NCBI GenBank assembly: GCA_038125265.1
Contig: JAYPDM010000001.1
Span: forward strand, 2,830 to 66,829
Origin: Gammaproteobacteria bacterium
Lineage (GTDB): Bacteria > Pseudomonadota > Gammaproteobacteria > Steroidobacterales > Rariloculaceae
Length of the DNA stretch: 64,000 bases
Direction of reading: 5' to 3'
Below the pieces are notes generated by a model. That model was not told where the DNA came from. It ran no database searches and worked only from the letters and a program-made list of their open reading frames with translations. Numbering within the stretch: the first letter of the stretch is position 1; every line of letters begins with the position of its first letter. This document shows positions 45,280-55,818 of this stretch, in pieces. Position numbers and translations under genes: made by a program.

Positions 45280-48089
45280 TGCTTAAATTTTTTCCCAGAA
45301 CCACATGGGCATGGTTGATTTCTCCCTACCTTCTCCTCATCTCTTACAAAAGTCTCAGGCTTTGGCTGCTGAGACCTCCTTGAAATTTGTTGCTTTGGCT
45401 GATTTGCAATGCCAGAAAATTCAGGTTTTACAGAATTCAAAGTCTCAGTTTGTGAGGGCTTATTCAGGATAGATTGTTCAGCATCATTAAATCTAAATTG
45501 CACCTTAGACAGCATAGTAATCGTAGATTTTTTAAAGCTCTCTAGCATCTCAGTGAACATTTCAAAAGATTCTCTTTTATACTCTTGCTTCGGATTTTTT
45601 TGAGCATAACCCCTTAGGTGTATGCCTTGTCTTAGTGCATCAAGAGCCGCAATATGTTCTCGCCAATGAAGATCTAGCTGTTGAATCATAATGCTTCTTT
45701 CAAGTGATTCGATAAATTCTTTGCTCAACTCCGCACATTTTCGAATATAGCTAAGTTCTACCTCCTCAATGATTTCTTCTTTAATTTCAATTAACTTTTT
45801 GTTTTGAGAGGAAAAATACTCATCTAACGATAGGCTTAAATTAAATTCATTATTAATCACTTGCTCTAAAGATGGGAGATCCCAATCTGCTTCAATTTTA
45901 TCCTCAGGTATGTATTCATCGAAGATATTCGAAACTACCTCCTCTCTAATTCCAACAACAATTTCACTGATATTATCAAAAGAGAGAATATCTTCTCTTT
46001 GCTGGTAAATGACTTTTCGCTGTTCATTTGCAACGTCATCAAACTCCAAAAGCTGTTTTCTGATATCAAAGTTATGAGCTTCAACTTTTCTTTGGGCTCG
46101 CTCGATTTGCTTGGTCAAAAGCTTACTTTCAATTGCTTCATCCTCGCGCATACCGGCCCCTGATAATAGTCTCTTAGTCCGATCAGGGTCACCAAAAATT
46201 CTCATAAGGCTATCTTCTAAAGAGAGGTAAAAGCGACTTGATCCTGGGTCACCCTGCCTTCCAGATCTTCCTCTTAGTTGGTTATCAATACGTCTTGATT
46301 CGTGCCTCTCAGTCCCAATTATATGCAGTCCTCCTGCATCAATTACTTGGTTATGAATATTCTTCCAGTCCGCATCCTCTGTATCATCAACTTTACCACC
46401 AAGAACAATATCTGTACCTCGACCTGCCATGTTAGTGGCAATAGTCACGCTTGAGGGTCTGCCAGCCTCAGCAATAATGGTTGCCTCTTTCTCATGCTGT
46501 TTAGCATTTAAAACGTTATGCCTAATTCCTTCTTTGGTTAAAATTGAGGATAAAAATTCAGATGACTCAATTGAGGTGGTGCCCACAAGTACAGGCTGCT
46601 TTCTCTCTATGCAACTCTTGATATCATCAATAATCGCCTTAAATTTGCCAGATTGAGTAAGGTACATTAGATCTGGCTGATCCTTTCTTACCATGGGGTT
46701 ATGAGTAGGAATCACTATGACTTCCAGGCCATAAATTTGTTGGAATTCAAATGCCTCAGTATCAGCAGTTCCTGTCATGCCTGAAAGCTTGGAATACATT
46801 CTGAAATAATTTTGAAAAGTAATCGAAGCTACCGTTTGACTCTCTTCCTTGATACGAACCTTTTCCTTAGCCTCGATAGCTTGATGTAGGCCATCAGACC
46901 ATCTCCTTCCCGGCATCGTTCTACCTGTGAATTCATCAACAATGACTACTTCGCCCTCCGAAACAATGTAGTCAATTTCCTTCTTGAATAAATGATGAGC
47001 TCTCAAAGAGGCAGCCAAGTAATGCATGAGTCTTATATTTTGATAGTCATAAAGGGTCTCATTTTCTTTAATGAGCCCCTCGCTCTTGAAAATTTCCTCT
47101 GCTAATAGGTGTCCTTCCTCGGTCAGATAGGCTTGTTTAGTTTTTTCATCAATTGTGAAGTCTCCAGCATTGACCAAGGTACAAAGTGGGAGGCCTTTTT
47201 GTTTTCCTGTCTCAATTAAATGTTGGTTATTATTTTGAGCCAGTCCAACAGCTGATTCCAAATTCATCGATCCTTCCTGTCCAACAACATAGACCTTTCC
47301 TGCTTGAATATCCATGTCTTGTTTTCCCTCAGGAGGGCTATACATTTTAAGCTTTCCAGAGATTGAATTAATTTTTTGATATAAATCTACCTGGGTATTT
47401 GATCGACCTGAGATGATTAATGGAGTCCTTGCCTCATCAATCAGAATTGAATCTACTTCATCAATAATGGCAAAGTTTAAATTTCCTTGAACCTGGTCCT
47501 GAGACCTTTGAGCTAGATTGTCTCTAAGATAATCGAAACCGAATTCGTTATTTGTTCCATAAATAATATCTGCCTGATAGGCTATTCTTTTTTCTTCGAG
47601 GGTCATTCCTGCCTTGATCACCGAGACGGTAAGCCCAAGCGCTTGATAGACCTCGCCCATCCAGGATGCATCTCTTGAGGCAAGATAGTCATTCACAGTA
47701 ACAATATGAACAGCATTTCCAGCTAGGGCATTTAGGTATGCTGGCATGGTTGCGACTAATGTTTTACCTTCCCCCGTTCGCATTTCAGAGATATTACCTT
47801 CATGCAATGCAATAGCACCCATAATTTGGACATCAAAATGTCTTAGTCCTAGCTTTCTTTTTGAGGACTCTCTTACTAATGCAAATGCCTCAGGCAAAAG
47901 ATCATCTAAATTTTTCTCTGCTGCTTGCGATCTTAGGTGATTAGATTTATTGACTAGCTCATCGTCGGATAGGGACTCTAAAGTTGCCTCCATCTTATTG
48001 ATGATAGCTACAATTTTTTGGTATCTCTTTAAATTTCTGCTATTTCTACTTCCAAATACAGAGGAAAATAATTTGATCAAAGTTTCCAA
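45261..48089 (-). CDS. secA: Preprotein translocase ATPase SecA
   Basis: 942 aa. [43 protein letters not shown] and the C-terminal zinc motif [14 protein letters not shown]. Confidence 0.98.
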   Translation of the reverse strand: METLIKLFSSVFGSRNSRNLKRYQKIVAIINKMEATLESLSDDELVNKSNHLRSQAAEKNLDDLLPEAFALVRESSKRKLGLRHFDVQIMGAIALHEGNISEMRTGEGKTLVATMPAYLNALAGNAVHIVTVNDYLASRDASWMGEVYQALGLTVSVIKAGMTLEEKRIAYQADIIYGTNNEFGFDYLRDNLAQRSQDQVQGNLNFAIIDEVDSILIDEARTPLIISGRSNTQVDLYQKINSISGKLKMYSPPEGKQDMDIQAGKVYVVGQEGSMNLESAVGLAQNNNQHLIETGKQKGLPLCTLVNAGDFTIDEKTKQAYLTEEGHLLAEEIFKSEGLIKENETLYDYQNIRLMHYLAASLRAHHLFKKEIDYIVSEGEVVIVDEFTGRTMPGRRWSDGLHQAIEAKEKVRIKEESQTVASITFQNYFRMYSKLSGMTGTADTEAFEFQQIYGLEVIVIPTHNPMVRKDQPDLMYLTQSGKFKAIIDDIKSCIERKQPVLVGTTSIESSEFLSSILTKEGIRHNVLNAKQHEKEATIIAEAGRPSSVTIATNMAGRGTDIVLGGKVDDTEDADWKNIHNQVIDAGGLHIIGTERHESRRIDNQLRGRSGRQGDPGSSRFYLSLEDSLMRIFGDPDRTKRLLSGAGMREDEAIESKLLTKQIERAQRKVEAHNFDIRKQLLEFDDVANEQRKVIYQQREDILSFDNISEIVVGIREEVVSNIFDEYIPEDKIEADWDLPSLEQVINNEFNLSLSLDEYFSSQNKKLIEIKEEIIEEVELSYIRKCAELSKEFIESLERSIMIQQLDLHWREHIAALDALRQGIHLRGYAQKNPKQEYKRESFEMFTEMLESFKKSTITMLSKVQFRFNDAEQSILNKPSQTETLNSVKPEFSGIANQPKQQISRRSQQPKPETFVRDEEKVGRNQPCPCGSGKKFKHCHGKL

Positions 48090-48161
48090 AGGTAATTCCT
48101 AAATTTATGTAGATATTATATATAAAAGTAATTTATATTCTTGGGTATATGAGTATTTCTT

Positions 48162-48431
48162 ATGAATGAAAAAAGAGTAAATGAATTCTTAAGTAAAGGT
48201 ATTTTAGCTGAAATACTAAACAAAGCATCCAGACAAACTGAAGTTTCTTCCGTAATCAAAAATCAATTGCCCCTTGCCTATCAAAAGTATTTTCTCTCAG
48301 CGCATTATGATAAGGATGAATGTTTATGTATTACCCTTAATTCATCAGCAGTCGCCGCAAAACTGAAATATGAAATTGAAGATTTAATTAAATCTGAAAA
48401 AGTAAAAATAATTGTGGGTTTTAACAGCTAA
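48162..48431 (+). CDS. Small hypothetical protein, possibly DUF721/DciA-like
   Basis: 89 aa. The pattern (L-x-x-I ... LPLAYQKYFLSAHYDKDECLCITLNSSAVAAKLKY) loosely fits DUF721, where a target segment is followed by L-x-V-x-V-x-S-x-x-W-A-x-x-L. It occupies the lpxC-secA gap. The family call is weak. Confidence 0.45.
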   Translation: MNEKRVNEFLSKGILAEILNKASRQTEVSSVIKNQLPLAYQKYFLSAHYDKDECLCITLNSSAVAAKLKYEIEDLIKSEKVKIIVGFNS

Positions 48432-49291
48432 CCTAATACGACCCACTCGAAATTCTTCTCATCTGCTAAGATTTTCTTTGCAAGCTCTGTATTTAAGGAG
48501 TGACCGGTTTTTTTTCCATAAAAAGAACCTAGGATTGGCGCGCCAACTAAATGTAAGTCGCCCATAACATCAAGGATCTTATGGCGAATGAATTCATCTT
48601 TATATCTTAGCCCCTCAATATTAATTACATTATTTTCATCTAGTACGATGGCGTTATCGACACTGCCCCCAAGGGTAAGTTTTTTTTCTCTTAAAGATTC
48701 AATATCCTTTAGAAATCCAAAGGTTCTGGCATAAGCAATTTTTGATAAAAAAGAGTCAGTTGAAAATTCATATTCATAATCCTTATTTTCTTCATCGACA
48801 GCCGGATGGTTAAATGAAAGCTCCAATCTAATACGGTATCCATCGTAAGGAATGATTGATGCATACTTATCTCCTTCCATAACCTCTACTTTTTGTTTAA
48901 TTTTTAAATATTTTCTTGGCTCTTTCTGTAGTTGAATGCCTGCTTCTTGTATTAAAAAAACAAAGCTTGCAGCACTCCCATCAAAAATAGGCACTTCATC
49001 ATTATTTAGCTCAATAAATAAGTTATCTATCCCCATTCCTAGAAGTGAGGCTAATAAATGCTCGACTGTCGCAACTGTAAATCCTGATTCTCCAAGAGTC
49101 GTGCCTAGCATAGTGCTCGACACTGCATCAATATTGGCTTTGGTTGTGGGTTTACTCTCAATATCGACTCGTCTGAAGCAAATGCCTGTATTTGGAGGAG
49201 CAGGCATTAGCTTCATGTCTATATAGTTTCCTGAGTGAAGTCCTACGCCTGAAGCCTTCACCTCACCATTAATAGTTTGTTGATAGATCAT
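48428..49291 (-). CDS. lpxC: UDP-3-O-acyl-N-acetylglucosamine deacetylase
   Basis: 287 aa. GVGLHSG, TVEHLLASL, and FIRHKILDVMGDL together with GHSLN. Confidence 0.93.
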   Translation of the reverse strand: MIYQQTINGEVKASGVGLHSGNYIDMKLMPAPPNTGICFRRVDIESKPTTKANIDAVSSTMLGTTLGESGFTVATVEHLLASLLGMGIDNLFIELNNDEVPIFDGSAASFVFLIQEAGIQLQKEPRKYLKIKQKVEVMEGDKYASIIPYDGYRIRLELSFNHPAVDEENKDYEYEFSTDSFLSKIAYARTFGFLKDIESLREKKLTLGGSVDNAIVLDENNVINIEGLRYKDEFIRHKILDVMGDLHLVGAPILGSFYGKKTGHSLNTELAKKILADEKNFEWVVLG

Positions 49292-49297
49292 TCTAAA

Positions 49298-50431
49298 TCA
49301 GTCGGCTTGTCTCCTTAGAAAAGCTGGCACATCAAGTGGCTCCTCAGAAGATTCAAACTCGACTGCAACATCCTCACCAGAAACTCTTTTACGATTCCTA
49401 TTTACAGTGGGCTGATCAAGATCTCTGTAATCTTTTCGATCTCTTGAGACTTCTTGTATTTTTCTGTTAGTTGACATGGATTTTAAGCCAGTGGCAACAA
49501 CCGTCACTCTTATGTCATCACCCATCTCGGTATCAATTACGGTACCGATTACATGAGTCGCATCCTCAGACGAGAATTGCTTAATGATCTCTCCTACTTC
49601 TTGGAACTCTCCAATGGATAAATTTTCGCTCGCAGAGACATTAACGAGTATTCCTTTAGCACCATTTAGATCAATATCCTCAAGTAGTGGTGAGTAGACT
49701 GCAGATTCAGTGGCTTTTCTTGCCCTATCCTCTCCATTAGCAACACCAGATCCCATCATCGCCATCCCCATCTCAGCCATAACAGTTCTCACATCAGCAA
49801 AGTCAACATTGATTAATCCAGGTCTTGTAATCAATTCTGCGATTCCTTGTACTGCGCCTTGCAACACTTTATTAGCAGCACCAAATGCATCTAATAGCGA
49901 TGTATCGGACCCAAGAACCTGTCTTAGTTTTTCGTTAGGGATAGTAATTAAAGAATCCACATGCTTCTCAAGCTCTGCAATTCCATTATCTGCTATTTGC
50001 ATCCTTCTGCTACCCTCCATAGCAAATGGTTTTGTAACGACCGCGACAGTCAGTATTCCCATTTCCTTGGCTAGTTGAGCCACGACAGGTGCGGCTCCAG
50101 TTCCCGTTCCGCCTCCTAGTCCTGCAGTGATAAATAACATATCTGACCCTGAAATCACCTCTTGTATTCTATCTCTATCCTCCAATGCAGCTTGTCTGCC
50201 TATTTCAGGATTCGCACCAGCACCTAATCCCTTTGTGATTCCGCAGCCAATTTGCAATCCTGTCTTTCCCTCTACCTGCTTTAGAGCCTGGGCATCGGTA
50301 TTGGCACAAATGAAACCAACTCCATCTATACCAGACTTTCTCATATGTGATACTGCATTACCGCCACCGCCGCCAACGCCTATCACTTTAATTACAGCAC
50401 TTTCACTGTATCTATCCATAAGTTCAAACAT
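49298..50431 (-). CDS. ftsZ: Cell division protein FtsZ
   Basis: 377 aa. IKVIGVGGGGGNAV, GLGAGANP, the tubulin signature GGGTGTGAAPV and NVDFADV. Confidence 0.98.
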   Translation of the reverse strand: MFELMDRYSESAVIKVIGVGGGGGNAVSHMRKSGIDGVGFICANTDAQALKQVEGKTGLQIGCGITKGLGAGANPEIGRQAALEDRDRIQEVISGSDMLFITAGLGGGTGTGAAPVVAQLAKEMGILTVAVVTKPFAMEGSRRMQIADNGIAELEKHVDSLITIPNEKLRQVLGSDTSLLDAFGAANKVLQGAVQGIAELITRPGLINVDFADVRTVMAEMGMAMMGSGVANGEDRARKATESAVYSPLLEDIDLNGAKGILVNVSASENLSIGEFQEVGEIIKQFSSEDATHVIGTVIDTEMGDDIRVTVVATGLKSMSTNRKIQEVSRDRKDYRDLDQPTVNRNRKRVSGEDVAVEFESSEEPLDVPAFLRRQAD

Positions 50432-50449
50432 ATACTCCTCCGTTTTATG

Positions 50450-51676
50450 TTAAAAATTACCTTTAAACCAACTCTTTATTTTAAATAAAGCAGTTGATGT
50501 TTCTTTTGCTTCTTCTCTTTTGTTCGTATCATCCAGTTCCGCTTTTCCATATAAAAGTAAACCAACTGCAGTTGCATAAGTTGGGTTACTCACGACTTCT
50601 TTTAAGCCTTGCACCTTTTGTGGCTTTCCGACCCTTACTGGTAAATGGAAGACCTCCTCCGCTAGCTCTACTGAGCCTCGAATCTTTGAGCTACCCCCAG
50701 TGAGAACTACGCCTCCTGCAATGATTTCCTCCAGCCCAGATCTATTTAATTCCTCCCTAATCAAACCAAATAATTCCTCATATCTTGGCTCTATAACCTC
50801 AGCCAAAGTCTGACTTGCCATCCGTTTAGAGGGCCTGTCTCCTACGCCTTGCACTTCAATATAATCATCTGGAGGTGCCAATTGTGCCAGAGCATAACCG
50901 TATCTAACTTTAATCTCCTCTGCGCTAGGGGTTGGGGTTCTTAAAGAGATTGCAATGTCGTTTGTAACTTGGTCTCCTGCGATGGGAATAACTGACGTGT
51001 GTTGAATAGCTCCCTCCTTAAATATAGCGATATCTGACGTACCAGCGCCAATATCAACAAGACAGACCCCAAGCTCCCTCTCGTCTTCAGTTAAAACTGC
51101 ATAGCTTGATGCCAGTTGTTCGAGTACAACCTCCTCTGCAATCAGTCCACATCGCTCAATACACTTCACAATATTTTGTGCGGCACTCACTGCGCCGGTC
51201 ACTAGATGAACTCTGGTCTCGAGCCTTACTCCTGACATACCAATTGGCTCTTTAATGCCTTCCTGACTATCAATTACAAATTCTTTTGGTAATACATGTA
51301 AAATTCTTTGGTCTGCTGGTATAGCAATTGCTCTAGCTGCATCTAGAACGCGATCTATATCCTCTATACTTACCTCATCATCCTTAATTGCAACTACACC
51401 ATGAGAATTAATACTTCTTATATGGCTACCCGCTATGCCGGCATAGACAGAGTTTATTTCACAACCAGCCATGAGTTCTGCTTCCTCAACTGATTTTTGA
51501 ATTGAATTTACGGTTGCTTCAATATTAACAACTACTCCTTTTTTGAGACCTCTTGAAGGCTGTATACCAAACCCAATAATTTCCATAGAGTTATTTGGAT
51601 TAACCTCCGCAACAAGAGTTACAACTTTAGAAGTACCAATATCTAAGCCAGCAATTATTTTCTTATCGTCTCGCAT
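50450..51676 (-). CDS. ftsA: Cell division protein FtsA
   Basis: 408 aa. Actin-fold motifs GLDIGTSKV, VDIGAGTSDIA and VLTGGSS. C-terminal amphipathic helix FKIKSWFKGNF. Confidence 0.96.
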   Translation of the reverse strand: MRDDKKIIAGLDIGTSKVVTLVAEVNPNNSMEIIGFGIQPSRGLKKGVVVNIEATVNSIQKSVEEAELMAGCEINSVYAGIAGSHIRSINSHGVVAIKDDEVSIEDIDRVLDAARAIAIPADQRILHVLPKEFVIDSQEGIKEPIGMSGVRLETRVHLVTGAVSAAQNIVKCIERCGLIAEEVVLEQLASSYAVLTEDERELGVCLVDIGAGTSDIAIFKEGAIQHTSVIPIAGDQVTNDIAISLRTPTPSAEEIKVRYGYALAQLAPPDDYIEVQGVGDRPSKRMASQTLAEVIEPRYEELFGLIREELNRSGLEEIIAGGVVLTGGSSKIRGSVELAEEVFHLPVRVGKPQKVQGLKEVVSNPTYATAVGLLLYGKAELDDTNKREEAKETSTALFKIKSWFKGNF

Positions 51677-51693
51677 TTATGTTTCCTAATCTC

Positions 51694-52455
51694 CTAAGTA
51701 TCTAAGTCCTCATGATTTAAATTATCTTTATAGCGAACTGAGAAACCATTGTTATATCTCAGATCTACTCTCTCGATGCTATTAATAGTTTCAAATATTT
51801 CTTCATATACATCTGAGAAAAAAAATTCTGTTGCATTATTAATATCAGAAATACCAAAATTTACTTGTAAGCTATCATCAATCACCATTGACCAAGCGCC
51901 CCTATCATTCTTGCTAAGCTCAGTTATAGTGAAACCCCTATCAGCTGCTTTATGATTAAGTGAGGAGTAGATATCATAAATCTGCTCTACCTCATTAGAG
52001 TCACCAAAGATCATCGGCAGTAACGAAAAATCCTCAGCATTGGTGACTGGAAAGATTTCAGAATTTTGATTAATTAATGCATTAGTTCCCCACCTTGCCT
52101 GAGGAACCTGTTCAGTAAACTCAATTTTTAATGTGGTTGGCCATTGCTTTGTGATTTGTAATTTATCGACCCAGCCTATTGCTATCACTTTTTGATGTAA
52201 TTCCTCAAGGTTTATCCCAAAAAAGCTTAAATTATTTTCTTCAGTAACTATTTGTTCTATTTCGGATGGAGTGACAAAATTAAAATCCCCTATGATCACT
52301 ACTTCTTCAATTTCCCTATCAATATAATTTAAGAAGTCTGGGCCATAGAAAAGAAATCCAGACAAGAAGATAATTGGCAGCGAGACACCAAGATAACTAA
52401 TCTCAATATCAAGAAATTGTGGCTTAATCTTTTTATTTGCTTTTCTATTTTTCAT
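51694..52455 (-). CDS. ftsQ: Cell division protein FtsQ
   Basis: 253 aa. Single N-terminal TM, POTRA-like region (VIIGDFNFVTPSEIE) and dcw position between murB and ftsA. Confidence 0.8.
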   Translation of the reverse strand: MKNRKANKKIKPQFLDIEISYLGVSLPIIFLSGFLFYGPDFLNYIDREIEEVVIIGDFNFVTPSEIEQIVTEENNLSFFGINLEELHQKVIAIGWVDKLQITKQWPTTLKIEFTEQVPQARWGTNALINQNSEIFPVTNAEDFSLLPMIFGDSNEVEQIYDIYSSLNHKAADRGFTITELSKNDRGAWSMVIDDSLQVNFGISDINNATEFFFSDVYEEIFETINSIERVDLRYNNGFSVRYKDNLNHEDLDT

Positions 52456-52469
52456 GATAATGTTCTCAA

Positions 52470-53357
52470 CTATCCTAGAATTCTTACTTCTTTTTCCAGC
52501 TGTACTTTAAATTTAGCCTCAACTTCTTTAATTACTTTGTTGATTAATTCTTCAATATCTCTCGAAGATGCGTCTTCAAGGTTATTAATAAAATTAGCAT
52601 GCTTATTTGAAATTTCAGCGCCACCAATTCTCAACCCTTTTAGTCCAGCTTTTTCAATAAGCTCACCCGCAAAATAATCCTTGGTATTTTTAAAGACAGA
52701 CCCACAGTTTTTTTCGCCAATAGGTTGCTTTTCTTTTCTTACTGAGACTATTTTTCTTAATTCGTCTTTGGAATGGGCTTGGTTTTTAAATATAAAGCAG
52801 GCCTCGAGGAAGAATTCTTGATCGCTAAAGGATACCTCCCTATAGCCTATTTCAAATTGCTCTCGTGATCTTATTTCTATTTGCCCAGATGAATTAATTA
52901 GTTTAACGCTCTCCACATAGTCCCAGGTTTCAAATCCAAAGGCACCAGCATTCATCGCTAAAGCACCACCTATTGTTCCTGGTATCCCAGAAAAAAATAC
53001 TGTTGGACTTAGTTTATGTTCAATACCAAACCTTGTAAGTTCTCCACATTTTATTGAGCATGGTACAAAGACTTTATTATTTATTAGCTTTATCTTTTCC
53101 TTCATATCCTTGGTGCAGATAACAAGACCTCTTATTCCTGAGTCTTTGACTAGAATATTTGAGCCCAAACCAATCATATAGATTGGTATTTTGTCATTTA
53201 AGTTAGATAAGACTTCTTGGATTTCATCAAAATTTTTAGGTTGAAAGAAATAGTCAGCATTCCCTCCAATTCTCCATGATGTATGTTTTGACATACTCTC
53301 ATTTTTAAGAATTTTTAAGTGCTTTTGATGCAAAATCATATCCTCTAAGCTATGCAT
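52470..53357 (-). CDS. murB: UDP-N-acetylenolpyruvoylglucosamine reductase
   Basis: 295 aa. SWRIGG, IGLGSNILV, PGTIGGALAMNAGAFG and GSVFKN motifs. Confidence 0.9.
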   Translation of the reverse strand: MHSLEDMILHQKHLKILKNESMSKHTSWRIGGNADYFFQPKNFDEIQEVLSNLNDKIPIYMIGLGSNILVKDSGIRGLVICTKDMKEKIKLINNKVFVPCSIKCGELTRFGIEHKLSPTVFFSGIPGTIGGALAMNAGAFGFETWDYVESVKLINSSGQIEIRSREQFEIGYREVSFSDQEFFLEACFIFKNQAHSKDELRKIVSVRKEKQPIGEKNCGSVFKNTKDYFAGELIEKAGLKGLRIGGAEISNKHANFINNLEDASSRDIEELINKVIKEVEAKFKVQLEKEVRILG

Positions 53358-54745
53358 TTTCTCTCAAGTTCCAATTTAAAATTTAATGCTTGCTGATGGA
53401 TATCTCCAGCTCCCATAAATACTAAAATGCTCTCCCCGGCAATTACTTCTTCTAAATCCTGATAAATATATTTATTTGTAGTTAATCTCGCCTTATTTTT
53501 TTCTGAAATACTATTTATTTGGTCTCTAAGATCTTCTGATTGAACATTAAACAAATTATTTTCACCGGCAGGGTAAATATCCACTAGACATATACTGTCA
53601 AATTTTGATAATTCTTTCGCAAACTCATCTAATAGTAAGTGCGTTCTTGAATACCTATGAGGCTGGAAAATCGAAATAATTTTTTTATCAGGGAAATTTT
53701 CTCTTAACGCTTTCAGAGTCACCTTGATTTCCGTTGGATGGTGGGCATAATCACTGTATATCATTATGTCCTTATCTTTAATTTTTGATGCAGTAATAAA
53801 TTCCAGCCTTCTATCAACTCCTTCAAATAAAGCTAGCCCTTTTGAAGCCTCGTCCAGGGGTTGATTGAGTGTCTCAGTAATAATTATTGCAGGCAGCGCA
53901 TTAAAAATATTATGTTTACCCAGTAGCTTTGTTTGCAAGGTTTTAATGAAGTCGCCCCCTTTGGATAGATCAAAGTGGGTTATGCCATTGTTAATCTTAA
54001 TATTACTTACGGTATAGTCATTAATTTTGTTCTCGCCAAAGTAGATGACTTTTCTTGAAATTTCTTTAAGGGCAATTCTTACATTATCTGAATCTCCATT
54101 TGCAAGAATTAGACCATCGAATGGGGTTAATAAAGCAAATTCTCTAAATGCTGTTCTTAAGTTATCGATAGAACCATCGAAATGATCTAGATGGTCATTA
54201 TCAATGTTTGTTATAACAATATTCTTTGGCTTCATGTGTAAGAAAGAGCCGTCACTCTCGTCTGCTTCAACGACCAGTATGTCTGACTTCCCCAAGTTCG
54301 CATTAGAGGAAAACTGACTGACCTTACCTCCAATAACAAAAGTTGGATCTAGCTTCATATGTGACAATACAAAAGCAATGATTGAGGTGGTTGTAGTTTT
54401 ACCGTGGGAGCCAGAAACTGCTATGCCATATTTATTATTAAGTAACTCGGCTAGCATCTCGGCTCTCCTCAGTAGCGGGACATTTCTCTCCTTGCATGTT
54501 AAAAGTTCAATATTATTTTCTGGTATTGCTCCAGAATAGACTGCGATGTCTACATCTTGAATATTTTTAGGGTCATGATTATCAAAGCACTTTATACCCA
54601 TTGATTCAAAAAGTGATTTTTTATTGCCAAATGCTAAATCTGAACCTTGCACAGAATAGCCCTGAGAATTAAGCACTTGAGCAATTCCGCTCATGCCCTC
54701 TCCTGCCATGCCAATCATATGAATTTTTTTGGTTATATTTATCAT
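53345..54745 (-). CDS. murC: UDP-N-acetylmuramate--L-alanine ligase
   Basis: The ORF track gives a TTG at 54763. The ATG at 54745 forms an ATGA overlap with the murG stop and gives MINITKKIHMIGMAGEGMSGIA. Mur ligase P-loop SGSHGKTTTTS. Confidence 0.93.
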   Translation of the reverse strand: MINITKKIHMIGMAGEGMSGIAQVLNSQGYSVQGSDLAFGNKKSLFESMGIKCFDNHDPKNIQDVDIAVYSGAIPENNIELLTCKERNVPLLRRAEMLAELLNNKYGIAVSGSHGKTTTTSIIAFVLSHMKLDPTFVIGGKVSQFSSNANLGKSDILVVEADESDGSFLHMKPKNIVITNIDNDHLDHFDGSIDNLRTAFREFALLTPFDGLILANGDSDNVRIALKEISRKVIYFGENKINDYTVSNIKINNGITHFDLSKGGDFIKTLQTKLLGKHNIFNALPAIIITETLNQPLDEASKGLALFEGVDRRLEFITASKIKDKDIMIYSDYAHHPTEIKVTLKALRENFPDKKIISIFQPHRYSRTHLLLDEFAKELSKFDSICLVDIYPAGENNLFNVQSEDLRDQINSISEKNKARLTTNKYIYQDLEEVIAGESILVFMGAGDIHQQALNFKLELERKCIA

Positions 54746-55818
54746 TTGACCTCTGCTAAACAAATATTCATAATTGTTTCATTCGCATCTGCATAAAACA
54801 TAGTTCGCGCCTTTCTACGCATACCTTCAATATTGATTTTATGTTTGAAAATATCACTTAGGAGTAATTGAATTTGTGATTTAAAATCATTACCTTCCTC
54901 CACTAGAAACGCTGCACCGTCATCAACTAATTTTTTTGCATTATAAAATTGATGATTTTCAATGGCATGAGGATATGGAATAAAGATTGCTAAATTTGAG
55001 GTAGCCATTATTTCTGTAATAGTCATGGCTCCTGCCCTACAGATGACGATGTCTGCCCATTCATAAAATATTGCTGGATTATGCATGTATGGATAAATTT
55101 TGGCAGAGGTTACATTTGCCAGACCCTCATATGAAACTTCATGCTGCTTATTTGCTCCTGACTGATGCACAATGTCAAATTTCATTTGATGATCTAAATC
55201 CTCAATCACTTTTGGCAAGTTTTTATTTAGATATGATGCTCCCTGGCTGCCACCAAGAACTAAAAGCTTAAATGGATTTGATAGATCAGAGTTAGGTTTT
55301 TTAAAATTTAATAATTCATTCCTAATTGGGTTTCCGGTAATTTTATAATTATTTGAATGATTTTGGTTTTTATCTAATGGAATGCCAAAACATACTTTCG
55401 AGGCTAATTTTAATAAAATTTTATTTGTGCCCCCTAAAATAGCATTCTGTTCATGAAGGACTAATGGAATTCTAAATATTCTAGATATAATTCCACCGAA
55501 TAGAGTTACATAACCGCCCATACCAATAGTAACGTCGGGCTTGACTTGCTTAACTATCAAAAGCGCTTTAATTAGCCGAACAGGGAAAGTTAGGAGAAAA
55601 ATCATTTTGCTCAGTAATCTCTTACCCCTATATCCTTTTGATGAGATGGAATAAAAATTTATATTTTTTTTATTGATCACTGATTCCTCTAAGTCATTGC
55701 CAGTCCCAATCCAGCTTACTGTGTGGTTGTGCTCTATAAAGGTATTGGCTAAAGCTATTGCAGGATATATATGCCCCCCTGTTCCTCCAGCAAGAATAAG
55801 TATATGCTTAGCACTCAT
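54742..55818 (-). CDS. murG: Lipid II N-acetylglucosaminyltransferase MurG
   Basis: 358 aa. AGGTGGHIYPA, GGSQGA and RAGAMTI-x-E motifs. Confidence 0.93.
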   Translation of the reverse strand: MSAKHILILAGGTGGHIYPAIALANTFIEHNHTVSWIGTGNDLEESVINKKNINFYSISSKGYRGKRLLSKMIFLLTFPVRLIKALLIVKQVKPDVTIGMGGYVTLFGGIISRIFRIPLVLHEQNAILGGTNKILLKLASKVCFGIPLDKNQNHSNNYKITGNPIRNELLNFKKPNSDLSNPFKLLVLGGSQGASYLNKNLPKVIEDLDHQMKFDIVHQSGANKQHEVSYEGLANVTSAKIYPYMHNPAIFYEWADIVICRAGAMTITEIMATSNLAIFIPYPHAIENHQFYNAKKLVDDGAAFLVEEGNDFKSQIQLLLSDIFKHKINIEGMRRKARTMFYADANETIMNICLAEVK

